A DNA stretch of 56,574 nucleotides, filler included, from Catajapyx aquilonaris (lineage: Eukaryota): the NCBI GenBank assembly GCA_000934665.2. It is 4 parts of 4 records of this genome, joined end to end, with 100 filler letters (N's around TTAATTAATTAA, not from the genome) between each part and the next. Parts side by side here need not be neighbours in the genome. Positions count along the whole stretch, not along the records: positions 42,514 to 56,574 come from JYFJ02007898.1; 3 more parts are not named here. One strand, given 5' to 3'. Numbering within the stretch: position 1 is the stretch's first letter; every line of letters begins with the position of its first letter. Position numbers and translations under genes: made by a program. A model generated the notes under the pieces. That model made no database searches and was not told where the DNA came from. It was given only the letters and a program-made list of their open reading frames with translations. This document shows, piece by piece, positions 50,488-56,574 of the stretch.

Positions 50488-53400
50488 ATGTCGCTAGAGC
50501 AGACGGCTTGTGAAGGTTAATGCGAGGAAAATGTTTTTATTAGGATGCAAATGCCAACCTTTATGCCCTCTGCCTAATCGTCGAAGTTCGGGTATCGCGG
50601 CTGTGGACACCGTGTGTAGGGAATAGCCAATCGGTGACCGCGACACTTTCATTATACCCAACATCCATTCATTCATTGCTTACTTGATTACCTTTTTATT
50701 CATACAGATATTGGTTCAGATGTGTTGCATCTTAATGAGCGACCCACTTTCGTATTTTCAGATCTCAAGGCGTTCGAACGGAGATTGACCGAAGTGATAT
50801 CATGCTTGCAACCGTCTACGAACCGATGGAGGAGTGAGTTGTAGAGAACATTTTTCAGACGGTGCCCGAGTTTTGTTTCTATTTGGGTTCTCATTTTCAG
50901 TCATACTAGTTGTGATGTCAACATGCACAGCAATTGGGGCTTGGCAGTGGCTGACGGATCCTGTGACAACGGAGGTAACATTCACGCAGTCCCTGTGGAA
51001 CCATTTGTTCTTCACCGTATCAAGCCTGCTACTAGGTAATGCCAGGATTGTTGCAGTCATAGGTTGTTGTGTGTAAACTGCTAAATATTGGTGTAATTGT
51101 CAGCTAAAGGGCATATTTTTGATGGAACCCAGTAGAATGGTCCATTGCAACAAGCGATATTTTTCCATAAGTAATTACAGCCCTATATCATGTAAAAATT
51201 CTTCTTCCCCACACAGTATTTAGCCGCATTAATACAGAGTGAGTTGTAAAATTTAGTGAAGCTGGTTTAACAGCACAATTTGCTCTATGTTAACATTCAT
51301 TATGGGTTGTTATAAATTTTGTTATGAAAGTATATTTTATGGCACCAGCTGGAGATATTATTTTGGGAGCATTTAGTATCTAGTTATTGTAACTTATCAG
51401 TTATTATTACAGTCACAGTTGCATGTTCCCAAGGTTTGGAAACTTGTGGATACTAGGTTCAGTAGCCTAAAACACATGTTAATCACCAGATTGTAGGTCA
51501 GCAAGCTTTGAAGAATTCTGTTTGTAGTGCTACCAAAATTTCTCTCGGGCTATACAGGGTGTTTCAGAGTCACGGGTCAAGCACGCGCGAGGGGGTGAGG
51601 AAAAATCATAGGTGGCGACAACCCCGGCCGGTTTTATAAAACAATTAGAAATACGGGGGTAATCAATTATTTTATTATGGCGTGACGTCACATCCTTTCT
51701 GTTAGAATTGACTGGCGTGGACTGGCGAGTGCAGTGGGTTGAACCTGGTTGAATGACTTTTTAGTCTTGCGGGTTGCACTGAAAAAGGCGCTCTCATGCT
51801 ATACCGGTAGGGTACTGTACAAAGTAGTGTACTGTACAGTAGTGTGTATATCCGGTATAGCAGGCAAGCGCCTTTTTCAGTGCAACCTGCAAGGCTAAAA
51901 AGCCGTTCAACCCACTGCACTTGCCAGTATGCGCCAGTTAATTCGAACAGAAAGGATGTGATGTCATGCCGTAATAAAATAATTGATTACTCCCATATTT
52001 CTAATTGTTTTATAAAACCAACCGGTGTTGTCGCCACCTAGATTTTTCCCCACCTCCTCGCACGCGCTTGACCCATGACTCTGAAACACCTGTATGCAGT
52101 CTGAAGGTCCATTTTTAATTTATTTTTCCCTAAGACTGTACTTAACCTGGTAAACACAAGGTTTCAACAGCTTGAGCACAGAATTTCTTTTGAGGAAGAT
52201 AAATATGTCCGGCCTTTTTGTAATAAAATTGCATCATTTAGGAATTAAAACTTAATTACAGTGTATGGAGGAAAATAGGGTGTGACTGCAGTTGAGTTTC
52301 CCCAAGCTAAGTTTGCATGGGTTTTTGTGGTTTATGAAGTACAGTTCCGAGTCAATGATGGAACCAGAAATACACAAACCTAATTTTTTTTAAAATTATG
52401 TTTACCTGGCAACTCAAAATTGAGCATAAAACATAATGCGTGAGTTTCATATGCTGATAAAATATCTATTTAAGAAATTTTCTCATTGTAAATTGAAAGA
52501 ATTTATTGTCTACCTAAGTTAACCATACTTTTTGCAGTATGGTGTCATGTTCCACCTGGAAGAGATCAGTAGCAAGATGATTGAGGAGGCCTTTACCCAT
52601 CTATTCCTGAAATTCATTTGATAAATCCCAGAAAACCATCGTGTGTAGTACTGAATAGTTGCTCATTTCATTTTATATGCGAAGAACAGGATAAAAGAGA
52701 TGGATAAGGGAATGAGATGGCAGGAGGTGGGGAGGAGAAGCTTCTCAGACTTAGCTTGGGCCAACTGTAGCATTGGCCATGTAGGAATTGTACTCCACAC
52801 CATACATTGAGCAACCCTACTTGCTGCATTTTATGCCTGCATGGTATTCCCTGTATCTGTAAATAGTAACATAATCTCAACTTAGACAGTTACCACACAA
52901 TGTTACTAAGCCACAGTTCCAAAAATTATATGGAGTAATTTGGACTTACTTAGAGCAGGTCCAGGATAGGCTTACCTGAAGCAACTGGGGGAGTTACTGC
53001 TCATCCTTATTATAACCACGGTCTTATAATACTCCGGTCTGGACACCCACCCCCCTTTTTTTGTGTGTTCAGGGGGTTGACGGGGTGGTAATGCGGCTAC
53101 CATGTCTCCTACTAAATGCAAAGGAGCCCACTAGGGTCACAGCAATCGGTGGGCCTCACATTGCCCTTAACAGTGCTGCCGTGGCCACCCACCCCCTTGC
53201 CAGCCTGTCAACCCCCTGAATGGGGATTTATATAGATCTGGGGTCCGAGTGTCAGAGGGCTGATTGTAACATTGCTCACAGTTTGTAGGCCTTCGTCCTC
53301 AGATTTTCTGACATTTCCAATTGTAGCGCAAACACACACATGCAAATACATCCCGTTTTATTAGTTGTGCTTGACTGTAATGAAATAAATTCACTTTCAG

Positions 53401-53546
53401 TGCTGCTGTTCCTCATGGGTGTGCACAAGCGAGTAGTTGCACCATCCATCATCACCGGTCGAACACGCCTAGTTCTAGCAGATTTCAACATGTCATGCGA
53501 CGACACCGGCAAGCTCATATTGAAGCCACGTCCGACCACCACCTGA
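50488..53546 (+). CDS. CNEP1R1: CTD nuclear envelope phosphatase 1 regulatory subunit 1 (TMEM188/NEP1-R1). Exons 50488-50515, 50762-50833, 50901-51035 and 53401-53546; 126 aa.
   Basis: The spliced product [33 protein letters not shown]...GAWQWLTDP...SLWNHLFF...[12 protein letters not shown]...[20 protein letters not shown] matches the conserved family sequence. All introns are GT-AG and phase 1. Confidence 0.96.
51555..52092. mobile_element. Tc1/mariner-like palindromic MITE in CNEP1R1 intron 3
   Basis: TA|CAGGGTGTTTCAGAGTCA...TGACTCTGAAACACCTG|TA, with arms of about 255 bp. Confidence 0.88.
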
Positions 53547-54404
53547 CACGAAAAGGTCGCTGTCATCGAATGCGACCCTTTCAATCACAATTGATGTGTG
53601 TATTTCTAGACAAATCTTGGTACTGGAACATAATGAATATATACATGCAGGAGGGCATTAGATTGTTTCCTGACAAATTCCATGACAAATCAGACTGTCA
53701 AAAACAAAAAACTTTTTTTCCCCTCCAAGAGGAGTAATATGGTGAGACAAGGTGATATGATATTTCCAGCCGTATGAGGTTCATAGGTCATTGGGAAGGC
53801 TTGATCATAAATGAAAGTTACACAGGATGAAAATTAACTGTGACGTTCTATCACCAGTTAGTTTATCACTCCACCTAATTTCATCCTATTGCTAAAGTAA
53901 CGATGTCAGTAATTTTGTGTGAATGAGGATGCTACATGAGCTAGGTAGGAAAATATTAATTTCAATTTCACATTATTTAAAAACTTCATTTAATTTTTCC
54001 TCCTTTCGTCATGTGGAATTCTGGGCAGTGTAATGTGTGCCACTTGCAAAGTGAAGCCCCTTCGGGCTGCATAAGCTATGTGTATGCATTCTGCTATGTA
54101 CGTTTTGTAATTTTGAATGGTTGAGATGGGTGTTGTCTAGGTGGCGTTGGGAGGATGAGCAGTGGAAAATCAAACATGGTGCGAGAAGGGAATTTGTTTT
54201 TTTGCTGCCAGAGAAGCCACCCCATCTGTCTGACCTGCTTGATTCCTATTGGCATACTATGATGAACATAATTTTCATAAAGGGAAAATGTTGATTCCTT
54301 CCCCTTTGAAAGTTAAGGAAAGAGTGCCACCTAAGTATGGCAGTGATAATAATTAATTGGCTCTAATGAATTTGCTTATGGGAATTAAGATGGTATTTTT
54401 AAAA

Positions 54405-54804
54405 GAGCATATCGTCGCTGTTCTGACAAAACCTCGTAAGCGCCACCAGGCGCCGATTACGTTTTATTGCACATTCGAGAACAATCTGGCACCCTTTACG
54501 TCTGGCGAAAACCTCGGAACCGTTGGCCCCATGGAAAAGCTCCATGCGGTCACATGACCAAAACACGTATCCGGTTGGAAGCCTTTCTGTGCGCAAAACC
54601 CAAGGCAAAACCACGTAAGAAACAGTTCCGCCATGACAGCTGAGCACGTGGTAGGGCTCCTGCATCAATCTTGGAGTGCAATCTAGGAATAATGACTCAT
54701 AATTTTATTACGACTCATGCCTTCGGAAAATGGTTTTTTGTGTCTCCTGTGAAATTTGCTTTTTGTCGCTTACGAGGTTTTGTCAGAACAGCGACAATAT
54801 GCTG
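54405..54804. mobile_element. Non-autonomous DNA transposon with TIRs of about 38 bp (GAG terminus, possibly Sola-like)
   Basis: GAGCATATCGTCGCTGTTCTGACAAAACCTCGTAAGCG and its inverse at 54767-54804. Confidence 0.7.
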
Positions 54805-55029
54805 TCTGAACTGGCCTTAATCGAAGGAGAGTAAGGAGAAGAAACGTTGTAATATACTGTAAGTGGGCATGATTTCATGGAAATCTAGGTGCTTATGCAA
54901 GGTTCACTTGGAGTATTGAGAAATAAGCAATAACATAATGATACTGCCTTAGCCGATTAGTGGGAACTGAGCCTTTTTAGAGGTAATTTTTGAAATCCTT
55001 CCTGTATTATTTCACTTGGATTTTTTAAG

Positions 55030-55170
55030 TAAGGGTAGGTAAGGAAGTGGCTGTGGCCATTTTTGGAGAGAGATTATCCTGGAATTATCATGGAAGGACT
55101 GAGGGAAGCCTCAGAAAACCTGGTTGGGATAGCCACCTCCAGGTTTAGAACCTAGGACCTTGCAGACGAC
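55030..55170 (-). mobile_element. Degenerate SINE family B copy
   Basis: Similar to 16845-16985 (GGAAGTGGCTGTGGCC...GGAATTATC...GAACCTAGGACC). Confidence 0.6.
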
Positions 55171-56574
55171 AGACTGTTGGGAGTGCTTGAGTCCAAGAAG
55201 TCAAACTAAACTGGGTCATGCTGGAATCACGTCAGGTATGGCTGTTCCTTCCTGTTGTAAGGCCAATATATTTGACATAATTTTTGGAATTGAGGCTTAA
55301 TTATCGCTTGCTGTGTCAATTAAGTTTTTATATGTTAGCATTGGTGGTATAGGAAATGTCCTACAAGGTATACAAGGAGGGATTCTAGACTGTGTGTGTC
55401 ACATGGATATTCCCTATGTTTCTAATGCTGACAGAATCAGATCGTTATTTGCCCACTGTAATTAAGCCTCATTCCAAAATTTAAATAAGGGTATTTTGGT
55501 CCTCAAATCATCAAATAAGCCAAGAGATTGCTGCCCTACCTGAAGCAGTTCCAGAAGTTATTGCCCACCAAGTCTACATAGGTATACACATTCACTCTGC
55601 GGATGTTCATGAGTAATAAGCTGAGATGGAGCATTCCAAGACTTTTAAAATTATTTTGTGTGCAATTGCTCATGAAATTGACCTCATATATCACCTCACC
55701 TTGTATGATCATTGCCATATTATAACGCCATACGTAAATATCCATTGGTGGTTATTATAAAAATATTTTTAGCCTAATTTTTCATGGAATCATCCTACCA
55801 GGGTGTAATTGATTGATTGTTGCACGTTTGCAACTTGATGGACTTTGCAAGGTGGTGTAACACCATTTATGCAGATGTCAAGGGTAGATAGAAAAGATGA
55901 AGTAGATGGTAATGTAGTTGATTATTTATAAGAACTGTTATAGTGCATTCAAGGCACAGTTTATTGAATTGGTATTTGACCCACAGAATCTGGATCACTT
56001 TTTGCAGTTTTTAAAGGGCCACATATGAATGACAAAGGGGAGCTGATTGAGAGGCTGCAGATAGACTTCAGGAATCACCCGACAACACAAACTTATGACT
56101 TTCAACTATGTATGATATGACTAGGCAGGTAGTATTAGGCATATAAATTGAAGTTTTTGACATTCTCTAACCTGCATATTTGAGCAGTATTTTTTGTGGC
56201 AATTCTTACTGATGTGATATAGATTTATTGGATATGTAGAAGTATTACCATTTTATTGAACAGTTTTTCCGAAGTAAACTGTGCTCCCAATTATCTGGAT
56301 GAGTATTATTCATGCATCGCCAAAAAATTAGAAATAAACATCTGAAAAATGTCAATGTCTCACAAACAAAGAAATATAACAGACTTTTTCTAGAAGGCAA
56401 ACTAAAAATCTAGGGTTAAGTTTTATTATTTTGATGAAACCTTATTTTAAGCAGCATACACTATGTACTATGACCCGCAAAAAGATTGTCGCACTGTATC
56501 CGCGACTTGTTGTTTATTCCCGGTGCTGCCAGGTTACAGGTGTTTATTTGGCGATATTCCGGAATCCACACAGC

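Overview
AT-rich, repeat-dense eukaryotic DNA, most likely arthropod/hexapod (inferred from gene and SINE types). The window is four segments of almost equal length (14,087, 14,059, 14,067 and 14,061 bp) joined by a synthetic 100-nt spacer (44 N + TTAATTAATTAA + 44 N), so linkage across the spacers cannot be assumed. Supported genes: (i) a tandem pair of heme-oxygenase-like genes of the ER-bound oxygenase MpaB / rubber oxygenase (Lcp, DUF2236) family at 19.0-20.2 kb and 24.1-25.3 kb, each with one short coding intron; (ii) a complete 4-exon CNEP1R1 (TMEM188) gene at 50.5-53.5 kb; (iii) a signal-peptide exon resembling the N-terminus of a variant ionotropic receptor at 41 kb; (iv) an unannotated array of tandemly duplicated 60-nt symmetric exons at 44.7-45.2 kb, with a related exon at 48.4 kb. 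The rest is mostly MITEs and foldbacks (piggyBac-, hAT-, Tc1/mariner/pogo-, Harbinger- and CACTA-like), three tRNA-derived SINE families, RTE, Harbinger and Tc1 remnants, and microsatellites. The most notable observations are: the two oxygenase paralogs carry introns at different positions (39 codons apart), each with a short direct repeat across its junctions, which suggests intron gain; the growing mini-exon array; and a multi-layer nested transposon stack with readable target-site duplications (TSDs).
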